Source: Candidatus Marinacidobacterium sp. (GTDB lineage: Bacteria > Acidobacteriota > Vicinamibacteria > Marinacidobacterales > Marinacidobacteraceae). Taken from it: 64,000 bases of DNA. A program made the position numbers and the translations under genes. The DNA lies in contig OZ244852.1 of NCBI GenBank assembly GCA_965220965.1, forward strand, positions 1,565,254 to 1,629,253, in the 5' to 3' direction. The notes below the pieces were generated by a model, which was not told where the DNA came from, made no database searches, and saw only the letters and a list, made by a program, of their open reading frames with translations. Positions 63,426 through 64,000 of this stretch are shown piece by piece (the first letter of the stretch is position 1; every line of letters starts with the position of its first letter).

Positions 63426-64000
63426 TCAGGCGTCGGCGACCACCCCCGCCAGCTCGCGAAGCCCGATCCGCTCCACCCCTTCGCGCAGCGGGGACCGTTC
63501 GTCTCCGGGCGCGATCACGAAGGCCCGCTCCGCGCCGATGTCCCGAACCGCGGCGATGACGCCCCGGGGAACCCTCGGCGCCTGGTCGTGGCTGATCTGG
63601 ATGGCCCAACTCGCCGGCCGCCCCGGAATCTCCAGGATGAGATCCAGCCGGGCCCCGCCCCCGGACCGGTACCAGAAGGGCCTCGTCCCGAACGGCGCCA
63701 CCGCGAGCAGCGTCTCGATCACGAACCCTTCCCAGCTCTTCCGGAGCAGCGGATGGCTGCGCAGGGCGGCGGCATCCCGAATGCCCAGCAACGAGTGCTG
63801 CAGACCGCTGTCCCGGATGTAGGTCCGGGGCGCCTTCGCGAGCCGCCTCCCCAGGCTCCGGTAGTAAGGACGCAGCTCCCGCACCAGGTGGAGATCCACG
63901 AACAGGCGGATCGTCCGCCGGACGGTGGTCGCCGCCATCGGCAGCGCGCCCGCCAGGTCGGCGGCGTTCAGCGGCTTCCCCTGTCGCTCCGCCAGCATCG
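63426..64000 (-). CDS. AAA-ATPase/DUF4143 family protein, C-terminal part (5' end outside window)
   Basis: NAADLAGALPMAATTVRRTIRLFVDLHLVRELRPYY...RLAKAPRTYIRDSGL...GFVIETLL...YWRS.. pattern, typical of COG1373/DUF4143 proteins. The frame continues past 64000. Confidence 0.7.
   Translation of the reverse strand, partial: MLAERQGKPLNAADLAGALPMAATTVRRTIRLFVDLHLVRELRPYYRSLGRRLAKAPRTYIRDSGLQHSLLGIRDAAALRSHPLLRKSWEGFVIETLLAVAPFGTRPFWYRSGGGARLDLILEIPGRPASWAIQISHDQAPRVPRGVIAAVRDIGAERAFVIAPGDERSPLREGVERIGLRELAGVVADA

Overview
Very GC-rich (by eye above 70% G+C) bacterial chromosomal segment, almost entirely core-genome. I saw no rRNA, tRNA, CRISPR array, transposase, integrase or obvious defence island.

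Gene content in order:
- a nucleotidyltransferase (partial), metK, valS, ftsB-like, an orphan GspC-like PDZ protein
- a HAMP-SpoIIE phosphatase followed 2 nt later by an unusual RNase III-family gene
- acyl-CoA dehydrogenase, glpX, a small UPF0158-like gene, a FecR/Trp-Gly-repeat secreted protein, class II RNR (nrdJ)
- on the minus strand, the classic block asnS-rimO / rimP-nusA-infB-DUF503-rbfA-truB-rpsO-pnp
- an APH-fold sugar kinase plus NDP-sugar pyrophosphorylase pair, smc, DUF502, gdhA
- a response-regulator/PPDK-type ATP-grasp protein
- a bidirectional sugar-related locus: SSF symporter, TraB, PIG-L/GATase-like, amidohydrolase // PfkB kinase, GH4, DUF3179, bicupin
- the complete Rrf2-sufBCDSUT operon, an AlkA-like glycosylase, an MBL hydrolase and a partial DUF4143 ATPase

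Because of the high GC, nearly every real gene is shadowed by long Arg/Pro/Gly-rich antisense or out-of-frame ORFs, which I reject.

Most unusual items:
1. A single-chain RNase III with two catalytic-type domains (the second degenerate) and two dsRBDs.
2. A receiver-gated PPDK_N/rifampin-phosphotransferase-like protein.
3. A PfkB kinase translationally coupled to a GH4 phospho-glycosidase.
4. A near-consensus sigma54 promoter in front of the FecR/WG-repeat gene.
5. Tandem NrdR boxes plus a consensus promoter in front of nrdJ.
6. A promoter-proximal intrinsic terminator upstream of rimP-nusA-infB.
7. Arg-rich low-complexity tails on several RNA-machinery proteins.

I cannot show that any of these is a truly undescribed system. 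All functional calls rest on motif recognition by eye, and start codons are best guesses.
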